Source: Vicinamibacterales bacterium (GTDB taxonomy: Bacteria > Acidobacteriota > Vicinamibacteria > Vicinamibacterales > SCN-69-37). Taken from it: 64,000 nt of DNA. Below the pieces are notes generated by a model. It did no database searches and was not told the DNA's origin. It saw only the letters and a program-made list of their open reading frames with translations. Within the stretch, counting starts at the first letter, position 1. The number at the start of each line of letters is the position of its first letter. The stretch lies in assembly GCA_030827135.1 (NCBI GenBank), contig JAURFE010000001.1, positions 750,368 through 814,367 on the forward strand, written 5' to 3'. Below, piece by piece: positions 44,059 to 51,927 of this stretch. The translations under genes and the position numbers were made by a program.

Positions 44059-44808
44059 GTGCCGCCTGCCCTTCCGGCCCTGCGTTGGTTCGCCTCTCGA
44101 TCCGATTCCACGATCCAGTCTCGACTGATCTGTTTTCCGTTCGCCGGTAGCGGCGCCTCGACATACCGGACCTGGTGTCAGGCGTTCGGCCCTGGCGTCA
44201 ATGTGTGCGCGGTCCAGCTGCCGGGGCGTGAAGATCGGCTCGCGGAGACGAGGTATCGCCATCTTGCGCCGCTCGTCGACGCGCTCGCGACTGTCCTGAC
44301 GCCGGCCTTCGACGCGCCCTACGCCTTCTTCGGCCACAGCATGGGGGCGCTCATCGCCTTTGAACTCGCGCGCCGGTTGCAGCAGACAGGACGCCCGCTG
44401 CCCACGCGGCTGTTCCTGTCGGGCCATCGATCGCCCGATCGCCGGCCGGCCTCGAGCGCCATCCACGCCCTGCCCGATCAGGAGTTTATGGAGGCACTGC
44501 GCCGGTTCGGCGGAACGCCCGACGTGCTGTTGAACGACCCGGAGTTCGTCGCGCTGGCACTGCCCGTCCTTCGCGCGGACTTCACGCTGTGTGAGACCTA
44601 CGAGTTCGTCCCGGGTCCGGCCCTCGAGGTGCCGCTGACGATTCTCGCCGCGACGCGCGACCGGCATGTCCCGGTTGAGGATCTGGACGGCTGGGCGAGG
44701 CACTCGTCGCGCGCGACGCGCGTACGGATGTTCGACGGCGATCACTTCTACGTGCAGACGGCGCGCGACGCGGTGATGCGCGCCGTCGCCGAAGATCTCC
44801 GGGACTAG
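44059..44808 (+). CDS. Type II (editing) thioesterase
   Basis: LICFPFAGSGASTYRTW, GHSMGALIAFELARRL (GxSxG), C-terminal GDHFY (His). Confidence 0.9.
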   Translation: MPPALPALRWFASRSDSTIQSRLICFPFAGSGASTYRTWCQAFGPGVNVCAVQLPGREDRLAETRYRHLAPLVDALATVLTPAFDAPYAFFGHSMGALIAFELARRLQQTGRPLPTRLFLSGHRSPDRRPASSAIHALPDQEFMEALRRFGGTPDVLLNDPEFVALALPVLRADFTLCETYEFVPGPALEVPLTILAATRDRHVPVEDLDGWARHSSRATRVRMFDGDHFYVQTARDAVMRAVAEDLRD

Positions 44809-45656
44809 CGGACCTGCACGGCGAACATCAGCATCGTATCAGTCTTCTGCACGGACTCGACCGGCCGGCTGTGGTAGCGCAGCTGGAACATGGGGCCGAT
44901 GCCAATGTGCGGATTCAACTGCATCTGCAACCCGACATTCCACGTCAGGCGTGAGCCGGCGCCGCTGGTCGTGTGAATCGTCGTGTTGAAGCTGTGGCTG
45001 AACTGGGCCTTCTGGGCAATGACCGCGTCGTACGTATTCTCGAAGTAGAGCGCAAAGCCATTCTGCTTCGTATTCGGCACGGTCAAAAAGTCCTGCACCT
45101 CGTATCCGGCCGCGGCGACGGCCCCGGCCTTGTGGTTGCCTTTGCTGAATCGCTTGCTGACGCCGCCGAAATACGCGATGCGGTGATCGACCAGCTTTGG
45201 CTGATCCCGCTCCACTATGACGCCGCCGATGACGTTGACGGGCTTCGACACGCTGATGATTAACATTTCGCTCAGTTTCGAGGTGGACTGCCGGAACGAG
45301 CCGCCATCGTTTTCCAACCGCTGCTCCTGGATGTTGACCGACAGTGAGAGCATATTCGTCACCAGGCCCTTCCGGTTCACCACGTCGACACCAGCGGCAA
45401 CCTGAAATCCCGACACCGAACCCGTCGAGTTAGCGAACGAGCCCTGCCCCTCGGCGAAGGTCAGCCAGCCCGGCGCCTTGGTCTCCATGTCACGGGGATC
45501 GATCATCCACCACTGGCCGTAGTCGGGCTTCTTCTGATCTGGGGAGGCCGGTGCCGCCGCGGGGGGATTGGCGGGCGCGGCAGTCTGTGCATTGGCAGAC
45601 TGCGGCACGAGGCCGCAGACGAGAACGGTAAGTACGATTGCGGCTAACGACTTCAT
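44805..45656 (-). CDS. Secreted beta-rich protein, putative outer-membrane protein (DUF481/YdiY-like, tentative)
   Basis: Preferred start is the ATG at 45656 (MKSLAAIVLTVLVCGLVPQSANA signal peptide) rather than the track start at 45788. Alternating-hydrophobic beta-strand pattern through to the C-terminus. Family assignment is from memory only. Confidence 0.7.
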   Translation of the reverse strand: MKSLAAIVLTVLVCGLVPQSANAQTAAPANPPAAAPASPDQKKPDYGQWWMIDPRDMETKAPGWLTFAEGQGSFANSTGSVSGFQVAAGVDVVNRKGLVTNMLSLSVNIQEQRLENDGGSFRQSTSKLSEMLIISVSKPVNVIGGVIVERDQPKLVDHRIAYFGGVSKRFSKGNHKAGAVAAAGYEVQDFLTVPNTKQNGFALYFENTYDAVIAQKAQFSHSFNTTIHTTSGAGSRLTWNVGLQMQLNPHIGIGPMFQLRYHSRPVESVQKTDTMLMFAVQVR

Positions 45657-45717
45657 GGGTGAGAAGATACCTAACAGGGGATCCCTGGTCAATTCCGCGC
45701 GCCATTCGCTTGGACGG

Positions 45718-45747
45718 TTGCAAAATTCTAATCGCCTTGTGTAACAT
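45718..45747 (+). promoter_or_regulatory. Candidate sigma70-like promoter of the 45.8-49.1 kb operon
   Basis: TTGCAA (45718-45723), 18-nt spacer, TAACAT (45742-45747), ~30 nt upstream of the ATG at 45779, in an AT-richer divergent gap. Confidence 0.35.
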
Positions 45748-45778
45748 GTTTGAGGGTCAGCCATCAGAGGAGTGTCAC

Positions 45779-46027
45779 ATGTCTTCAAACGATACGGGTA
45801 ACGGAATCAAACTGCTTGGCGAAGTGGTCGTGCCAGGCGCAAGCCAGTTCATCGACGGCAACGTCAAGTCCGGCAGCCTCCATTTGCTCGGCTCCGTGGC
45901 GGCGCTGGCGTTCCTCGGGCCGGCCGGCTTCGCCGCCTCAGTCCTGCTTCGGGGCAACTCGTTTACGTCGTCGACGCTGAATAAGCCGCTCTATCGCGCG
46001 TTCAGCCAGAGCTCGCCCGCGGCGTAG
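45779..46027 (+). CDS. Small hypothetical protein (82 aa, Gly/Ala/Ser-rich, one hydrophobic stretch)
   Basis: ATG at 45779 preceded by GAGGAG (spacing ~7 nt); GC-rich third codon positions. The track ORF 45638..46027 starts further upstream without an RBS. Confidence 0.6.
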   Translation: MSSNDTGNGIKLLGEVVVPGASQFIDGNVKSGSLHLLGSVAALAFLGPAGFAASVLLRGNSFTSSTLNKPLYRAFSQSSPAA

Positions 46028-46186
46028 TCGTCTACCCGACACTCTTCCGACGGCATGCGTCTGGGCCGACAGGCACCAGGCGTATGCCGTGGTAGCGTCA
46101 TTCCAGGGTGCTGGCGCGCATGGCGCCTCCCGAACGCTACGCCATCGTCACGGAGCTGGGGGAGCACGATTGAGCGAGGAGTCACG

Positions 46187-47206
46187 ATGAGATCGCCTTT
46201 CGACACCCGGCGACGATGGAATAGGCCCGTCGTAATCGCGCTTGCCCTTTCTCTGGCGGGCTGCAACAGCGAGGTCCTCTTTCACGGCGCGAAGTTAACC
46301 GACGGCGGCGCGACCATGAGCGTGGCGTCCCTGATGCCGTCCTGCTCCTGCATGACGATTAGCGCCAAGCAGCAGACGGGCGACGTGGTCGTCATCTCAA
46401 GACGGCACGGGATCGAAACCGGCCGGTTCCTCCTGAGACCGGGCGAGCCAAGACGCTTCCGCTTCGACTGGGCCGGGAGCACGAACGCCGATGTCTACCA
46501 CATGTCGGCCTACAGCCCCGTGAACGGTGCGCCTGGCCAGCAACTGACCCCTATCGACGACTACGTTGAGTTCCAGGAAGATCTGGTGGACGTCCCCTGC
46601 GCGTCTCAAAGCTGTCCGTTTGGATTGCTCAACATGAATCAAGCGTATGCCGAGCAGCTCGGCCAGGCGGGCACCGAGAACTATGCGGTAGGGTCGTCGT
46701 TCATCCATGGTGGGAAAGCGATCGTGCTCAACACGCCGGCGGGTACCTGCGGCTGCGTGATGCTCAGCAACACCAGCCGGACCGCCATCGAACTGCGCTC
46801 AAGCCTGCACGGCCGGAACGGGGGCAAGCTGACGTTTCCGGCGGGCGCCACGCTCGGCATCGGCTTCGACTTCGCGGGGGACAACCCAGATGACGTCTAC
46901 CTACTCGAAGCGACGCCGGTTGGCGCCCAGCGGTCCGTGAGAGAAGACGAGAGCGGCAAGGTCGCGGGCGCGCTTTCGGCGAGCATCGCTGACTTTGTGA
47001 CGATGTACGGCCAGTTCGATGGCCTGAGCTGTCCTCTCGACGCCCGCGCGCCAAACGCTGCGGTCGCGGTCACGGTCAACGGCACGACCTCGATGTGTCC
47101 CTTCGGCGACCTGCGCATGTACGAGCGGGCGGCGCAGGCGCAGGCCGCCGCGGATGACGGCACGCCGCCGGCGGCCGCCACCGTGGCGAAGAAGGACCGG
47201 CCGTGA
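46187..47206 (+). CDS. Hypothetical lipoprotein built from two homologous Cys-containing modules
   Basis: ATG at 46187 preceded by GAGGAG. N-terminus MRSPFDTRRRWNRPVVIALALSLAGC (lipobox LAGC). Internal duplication visible in the translation (see findings). Confidence 0.8.
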   Translation: MRSPFDTRRRWNRPVVIALALSLAGCNSEVLFHGAKLTDGGATMSVASLMPSCSCMTISAKQQTGDVVVISRRHGIETGRFLLRPGEPRRFRFDWAGSTNADVYHMSAYSPVNGAPGQQLTPIDDYVEFQEDLVDVPCASQSCPFGLLNMNQAYAEQLGQAGTENYAVGSSFIHGGKAIVLNTPAGTCGCVMLSNTSRTAIELRSSLHGRNGGKLTFPAGATLGIGFDFAGDNPDDVYLLEATPVGAQRSVREDESGKVAGALSASIADFVTMYGQFDGLSCPLDARAPNAAVAVTVNGTTSMCPFGDLRMYERAAQAQAAADDGTPPAAATVAKKDRP

Positions 47207-48240
47207 CCGACGCGACGATGCGTGACGATGGGCCCGAGTCGCTGGTCGACGCCCCGGACTCGAAGCCGGTCGGGCCGTTGCGCGCGTGGGTGCGGCGATG
47301 GCTGCCGGCGCTCATCATCAGCGTCATGCTCATCGTCCTCGCGGTTCTCGTGCTGTGGCCGAAGATCGTCAGCACCATCCGTGCCGGCCAGGAGGGCGTC
47401 CTGTGGCGCCGCTTCGGCGGCGGTGTCGTCGTGGACACGATCTATCTCGAGGGCACGCACTTCATCTTCCCGTGGGACACGATGACGCTTTACGATGTGC
47501 GCGTGCAACGCAGGGACGTGACCGCGAGCGTGCTGTCGGCGGACGGACTGGTGATCAAGGCGGACGTGTCGATCCGCTTCAGGCCGGCCGCCAAGACCGT
47601 GCCGCAGCTCCATCAAAATGTGGGGCCTGACTACGTCGACCGGGTCCTGATCCCGGAAGTGCTCTCGGCCGTGCGCCAGGTCATGGGCCAGTACAAGCCC
47701 GAAGAGCTGTATTCGCTGCGGACCGACGACATGCAGCGTGAAATCGTGGCGCGCTCCGTGGTTCAGGTCCGCGACCGCTATGTCGTAGTCGACGACGTCC
47801 TGATCCAAGCGATTCGTCTGCCCGAGGCCATCGAGCAGGCCATCCAAGGCAAGCTCGTCAAGGAACAGCAGGCTCTCGAATACCAGTACAAGCTGGAGAT
47901 CGAGGAACAAGAAGCGCAACGAAAACGGATCGAAGCGCAGGGCATCTACGACTTCCAGCGGACGGTCAACTCGAGCATCACGGCGCCCCTGCTACGCTTG
48001 AAAGGCATCGAGGCCACGCTCGAGCTGGCGAAGTCACCGAACGCGAAGATCGTGGTCATCGGCGGCGGCAACGACGGCCTGCCGCTGATCCTCAACATGC
48101 CCGGGTTGTCGGATGCATTGACGGCGCCGGGTCCGTCGCCCGCCAACTCGGCGCCTCCGGCGCCGCCCGGCCGGGCGACCGGCGCCGGGCCGGCCGGCCG
48201 GGCGACCGGCGCCGGGCCGGCCGGCGGCCGCGGACGATAG
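47203..48240 (+). CDS. SPFH/band-7 (prohibitin/HflC-like) membrane protein
   Basis: N-terminal TM (LPALIISVMLIVLAVLVLW), then GQEGVLWRRFGGGV...FIFPWDTMTLYDVRVQ...ADGLVIKADVSIRFRP...IPEVLSAVRQVMGQYKPEELYS, then coiled-coil EQQALEYQYKLEIEEQEAQRKRIEAQG. GTG start overlaps the upstream stop (GTGA); an alternative ATG lies at 47218. Confidence 0.85.
   Translation: MTDATMRDDGPESLVDAPDSKPVGPLRAWVRRWLPALIISVMLIVLAVLVLWPKIVSTIRAGQEGVLWRRFGGGVVVDTIYLEGTHFIFPWDTMTLYDVRVQRRDVTASVLSADGLVIKADVSIRFRPAAKTVPQLHQNVGPDYVDRVLIPEVLSAVRQVMGQYKPEELYSLRTDDMQREIVARSVVQVRDRYVVVDDVLIQAIRLPEAIEQAIQGKLVKEQQALEYQYKLEIEEQEAQRKRIEAQGIYDFQRTVNSSITAPLLRLKGIEATLELAKSPNAKIVVIGGGNDGLPLILNMPGLSDALTAPGPSPANSAPPAPPGRATGAGPAGRATGAGPAGGRGR
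48169..48222 (+). repeat. Tandem 27-bp direct repeat (2 copies) in the 3' end of the SPFH gene
   Basis: GGCCGGGCGACCGGCGCCGGGCCG occurs at 48169-48192 and 48196-48219, encoding GRATGAGPA twice. Confidence 0.85.
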
Positions 48241-48257
48241 ATAATCAGGAGGAAGGG

Positions 48258-48488
48258 ATGATTGTCCAGGGCGTCACCGCGTGGCTGTTGGGTTCCCTGC
48301 TCATCGGGTTCTTTGGCCGACGCTACCGATTCGGATTCTGGGGGTATTTCTTCGTCTCGGTGCTACTGACGCCGATTGTCGGACTCTTGCTGCTGATCGC
48401 TGCCATTCCGAACAAACGCACGCGGAAGATCGTGCGCGAGGCGGATCGGCGTAACGCGGCGGCCCCGAACACAAGACGCGCATCGTGA
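48258..48488 (+). CDS. Small membrane protein (76 aa, two predicted TM helices)
   Basis: Strong RBS AGGAGG 7 nt upstream; VTAWLLGSLLIGFFG and FWGYFFVSVLLTPIVGLLLLIAAI hydrophobic segments. Confidence 0.7.
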   Translation: MIVQGVTAWLLGSLLIGFFGRRYRFGFWGYFFVSVLLTPIVGLLLLIAAIPNKRTRKIVREADRRNAAAPNTRRAS

Positions 48489-48509
48489 GCACGATAAGGA
48501 ACCGTTGCC

Positions 48510-49142
48510 ATGCCAAGAGCCAAGAAATCGCGACCGTCCTTCGGCCCGAATGAGGGGAAGCCCGTGGCCCAGCCTGCGTCGAGAGGCTGGGTCTATCGTT
48601 CCGAGGGAAAGCCGCCGGCCGAGGAGGCCGCCGCTGCCCCGCCACCGACGCCTGAGCCTCCGGTTGAGTCGTCGAGAGTCACCACCAGGCCGGCCGAACC
48701 GGTAACCGTGAGCGGCGACCCGCAGCATATCGTGGTCCGCTACAGCAAATTGGCGGCGGGCGCCGGCTTGATCCCGATGCCCGCGGTGGACGTGCTCGCC
48801 ATCGGCGGCCTGCAGCTCAAGATGATCGCGGACCTCGCGCAGTGCTACGGCGTGCCGTTCAAGCGCGAGCAGACGAAGGCGATCGTGACGGCGCTCGCCG
48901 GCGGTGTGACGTCGACGAAGCTGGCGTATGGGGCCGGCAGCTCGGTGTTGAAGGCGATTCCCGTGGTCGGACAGATCGGCGGCATGCTGGCGATGCCGGC
49001 GTGGGGCGCGGCGGTGACGTACGGCATCGGGCGGGTCTTCATCCAGCATTTCGAGCTCGGCGGCACAATCGACAACATGGACGTCGCCCACGCCCAGCAA
49101 CAGCTGCCGGCCGAAGTCGCGGGCGCCCAGGCGTCGAGCTAG
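48510..49142 (+). CDS. DUF697-like protein (tentative) with Pro/Glu-rich N-terminus
   Basis: YSKLAAGAGLIPMPAVDVLAIGGLQLKMIADLAQCYGVPF...LKAIPVVGQIGGMLAMPAWGAAVTYGIGRVFI; resembles the DUF697 pattern as I remember it. Confidence 0.6.
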   Translation: MPRAKKSRPSFGPNEGKPVAQPASRGWVYRSEGKPPAEEAAAAPPPTPEPPVESSRVTTRPAEPVTVSGDPQHIVVRYSKLAAGAGLIPMPAVDVLAIGGLQLKMIADLAQCYGVPFKREQTKAIVTALAGGVTSTKLAYGAGSSVLKAIPVVGQIGGMLAMPAWGAAVTYGIGRVFIQHFELGGTIDNMDVAHAQQQLPAEVAGAQASS

Positions 49143-49187
49143 GCCGCGGCACCCCGTGCGCTCGCGTTCCCTGACGGCAGGCTATCC

Positions 49188-50180
49188 ATGCGTTCTCTCG
49201 TGACAGGCGGAGCCGGGTTCATCGGCGGACACGTCGCTCGCGAATGTCTGTCGCTGGGCCACGAGGTCGTCGCGCTCGACGACCTGTCCGGCGGGTTTCC
49301 GGACAACGTGCCGGCCGACGCGACGTTCGTGCAGGGGTCGGTGACCGACCACGCGCTCCTCGAGCAACTTTTCACCAGACACCGATTCGACTACGTCTAC
49401 CACCTTGCGGCCTACGCCGCTGAAGGGCTCTCGCACTTCATCAGGCGATTCAACTACATGAACAACGTCATCGGCAGCGTCAACCTCATCAACGAGGCGG
49501 TGCGCCACGACGTGAAGTGTTTCGTCTTTACGTCATCCATTGCCGTCTACGGCAGCGGCGAGCCGCCATTCGACGAGACGCAGCAGCCCGTCCCGGAGGA
49601 TCCCTACGGTATCGCCAAGCTTGCGGTGGAGCAGGACCTGGAAAGCGCCCACCGTCTGCTCGGACTCGACTTCGTGGTGTTCCGGCCGCACAACGTGTAC
49701 GGCGAGGGCCAGAACATCGGCGACCCGTATCGCAACGTCGTCGGGATTTTCATGAACCGGATGATGCAGGGGCAATCGGCCACTATTTTCGGCGATGGCC
49801 GCCAGACGCGGGCCTTCACCTACATCGGCGATATCGCGCCGCAGATCGCAGCCAGCGTGCACGTGCCCGAGGCGATGAACGGCGTCTTCAATATCGGCTG
49901 CGACTCACACGCCAGCGTGCTCGAGGTCGCAGAACTGGTCCGCCACGCGCTGGGCGCCTCGGCACCGATTGAATTCCTGCCACCCCGTCAGGAGGCGGTG
50001 CACGCCTACAGCCGCCACGACAAGTTCCGCCGCGTGTTCGGCAGGCGCCCGGACACGCCGCTCGCCGAAGGGATTCGCCGCATGACGGAATGGGCGCGCG
50101 CACGCGGCCCCCGCAAGAGCACCGGTTTCAAAACCCTCGAAATTTCCAAGAACGTACCGTCGATTTGGCGGCCGTCCTAG
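49188..50180 (+). CDS. NAD-dependent epimerase/dehydratase (GalE/extended-SDR family)
   Basis: MRSLVTGGAGFIGGHV (GxxGxxG), SSIAVYG, PYGIAKLAVE (YxxxK). Confidence 0.9.
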   Translation: MRSLVTGGAGFIGGHVARECLSLGHEVVALDDLSGGFPDNVPADATFVQGSVTDHALLEQLFTRHRFDYVYHLAAYAAEGLSHFIRRFNYMNNVIGSVNLINEAVRHDVKCFVFTSSIAVYGSGEPPFDETQQPVPEDPYGIAKLAVEQDLESAHRLLGLDFVVFRPHNVYGEGQNIGDPYRNVVGIFMNRMMQGQSATIFGDGRQTRAFTYIGDIAPQIAASVHVPEAMNGVFNIGCDSHASVLEVAELVRHALGASAPIEFLPPRQEAVHAYSRHDKFRRVFGRRPDTPLAEGIRRMTEWARARGPRKSTGFKTLEISKNVPSIWRPS

Positions 50181-50265
50181 GGGCGAAGCCGACACCACCG
50201 GCACGGCCCCGGCACTCGTTGACTTGAGCGCCGGGAACCTGCAGCACACCAGCGTAAGCTCCCCG

Positions 50266-50472
50266 TCAAGTAGACAGTCGATAAGGAGACGGTCCCGGCG
50301 ATGACGGCCTCGGCAGAAACGTGAGGGGCGGCACCGCGCCGAGGCTGTCGTGGGGCCGCTCATGGTTGTACGTCAGGAGCCAGTGCTCGCTGACTGGGAG
50401 CTCTACCTGCGGCTTTCGCGACACCACCCAAGTCACGATCATGGACACGAGGTACTCCAATATCGACGGCAT
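50266..50472 (-). pseudogene. C-terminal remnant of a DDE (IS3/IS481-type) transposase
   Basis: ...EHWLLTYNHERPHDSLGAVPPLTF matches the conserved W..YN..RPH.SLG..P..F end of rve-type integrase cores. There is no upstream catalytic domain. Confidence 0.6.
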
Positions 50473-50607
50473 GATGCGAATGTGTCCTGGGTAGTGCCGC
50501 TCATGCGGGAGTCCGGTCGTGCGATGTATCAGCTACACCGCGAGCTTGCCCGAGTAAGGAGGGCTGGATGTGACCGGCAGAAGGGACTACCTGTATTTGC
50601 GGGCGCC

Positions 50608-51372
50608 TCAGGGCCCGCCTTTCATGCGTCTCCAGGCCCAGTAGGTTTTTGCGATCGGCGAAAAAATGGCCTGGGCGACTTTTGCGCGCGGAGACAGCCA
50701 GTGCATGGACATGTGATGTATTGCGTAGGAACGGCTTGTGTCGTTGATGTGAACAAGCCTTCCATTTTCCATACGCGGCGATAGCGGCTCGAAAATGTAG
50801 GTCGGGTGAACGCGTGTTGTGTCGAGCTTGTCAAACGCTCCGGCTTCCACCGCATCGCTGACGACAATCGGCCCGGTGCTATAGCAGATATGCTCCGACG
50901 GCGCACGCGCTGGACGACGGAACAATCCCCGAGGTTCGTTGCTTACCCGCCGAGGCAATTCTTTGAAAATCGCGTCCCACAAGGGATGACCGGGAACACT
51001 CGCTACGGCCGCATTCGTGTAACCCCGGACTGCTGAAAATAATGCGAGTTCGCATCCTTCAAACAATTCGTCCACCGGCCTCAGGTTTTCGATATCCATG
51101 TCCACGTACAGGCCGCCGAAACGATGCAGGATGAAGTAACGAATTGCATCGCAACGCTGGATAAAGTGAGGATAACGGTCATAGACGGAAAGAAACGATG
51201 GATATTCGTCGGCAATCAGCTTGCGCGCCGACGCATGATCCCAAAATCGATACTCCCAGTGTTGATGATTGGCGAGCCAGGTGTCCCGATACGCGCAATA
51301 GTCCTTGCGTGTGACGACTTCGTTCCCGCTCATGTTGTAGATTTGATGAATTATTTTGGGAATGCGACTCAT
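50608..51372 (-). CDS. Glycosyltransferase with DXD sugar-binding region (GT32/OCH1-like)
   Basis: IPKIIHQIYNM...WEYRFWDH...CDAIRYFILHRFGGLYVDMDIENL. Start taken at the ATG at 51372 (MSRIPKIIHQ); the track start at 51441 is possible. Clearly AT-richer than the BGC. Confidence 0.8.
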   Translation of the reverse strand: MSRIPKIIHQIYNMSGNEVVTRKDYCAYRDTWLANHQHWEYRFWDHASARKLIADEYPSFLSVYDRYPHFIQRCDAIRYFILHRFGGLYVDMDIENLRPVDELFEGCELALFSAVRGYTNAAVASVPGHPLWDAIFKELPRRVSNEPRGLFRRPARAPSEHICYSTGPIVVSDAVEAGAFDKLDTTRVHPTYIFEPLSPRMENGRLVHINDTSRSYAIHHMSMHWLSPRAKVAQAIFSPIAKTYWAWRRMKGGP

Positions 51373-51505
51373 GATGCGGTCTTTACCGAGTGAACACCTG
51401 TGAGCACCAACGAAGACCTCTCGCACAATCCGAATTGCCAAAAGGCGATTCCGCCGAATTCACAGCGGCTCAACCTCTGCGTTTGTCACGTGACTGCCAG
51501 AAATT

Positions 51506-51706
51506 CTATTCCTCTGCGCTCAACGCGTTTCGCAATCTCGTCCACACGACGTCTGCGTGGCCTGCAAGCTTATCGCGAAAATCCGGCCGCAAGCTCGCGT
51601 AGGACCCGAGCGGCGAGTCTCCCTCAGGCTTCCTGGGCTCCTGACGAGCGGTCAGTGTCACGGCGGCGGCGACGCTCACGAACACAATCGGCACCACTCT
51701 TCGCAT
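51506..51706 (-). CDS. Small hypothetical secreted protein (66 aa)
   Basis: ATG at 51706 preceded by AGGGAG (~11 nt); MRRVVPIVFVSVAAAVTLTA looks like a signal peptide. No family recognised. Confidence 0.35.
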   Translation of the reverse strand: MRRVVPIVFVSVAAAVTLTARQEPRKPEGDSPLGSYASLRPDFRDKLAGHADVVWTRLRNALSAEE

Positions 51707-51719
51707 AGCTGGATTCTCC

Positions 51720-51915
51720 CTCACGCGCCGGCCCGCCGCGCGGCCGCCTGGCGCTGCGTCCAGCCCTGCTACCAGACGCGGCGGAGGAACAGGCGGCGCT
51801 GATGCACATTGGTCTTGGCGTTACGATGGACGCTCATTCGGTGGATCCTGCAGACACGGTGAGTTGGTTTCGCAACCCCCATTGTTTCCAGAGCCTCCCG
51901 AATGAACAACGTCTC
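51720..51915 (-). mobile_element. Decayed left end of an IS481-family element, copy A (5' UTR plus truncated HTH-coding N-terminus)
   Basis: Minus strand reads MSVHRNAKTNVHQRRLFLRRVW*QGWTQRQAA..., cf. the IS481 transposase N-terminus M..H.NARLT..GR..LV.RV...GW. In-frame stop. ~85% identical to 54901-55075. Confidence 0.6.
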
Positions 51916-51927
51916 GAGTATTCACAC

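Noticed and set aside
43807-44745. 312-aa minus-strand ORF opposite the MbtH-like and TEII genes; likewise 46897..47919 (-) opposite the SPFH gene and 51802..52827 (+) opposite the 51928..52881 gene.
   Set aside because: Shadow ORFs. The opposite strands encode proteins with unmistakable family signatures (MbtH, GxSxG thioesterase, SPFH) or more coherent composition.
44805-44808. Convergent gene pairs sharing a palindromic CTAG as both stop codons (44805-44808 and 60895-60898).
   Set aside because: This is real in the sequence. It is most simply a coincidence of TAG stops on both strands, and nothing suggests a function.
49188-50180. Assigning the NAD-dependent epimerase/dehydratase to the lipopeptide BGC as a sugar-supply gene.
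   Set aside because: It lies ~4.4 kb beyond the TEII gene, separated by an outer-membrane gene and an unrelated five-gene operon. Such enzymes are ubiquitous in cell-envelope sugar metabolism. The link is possible but unsupported.
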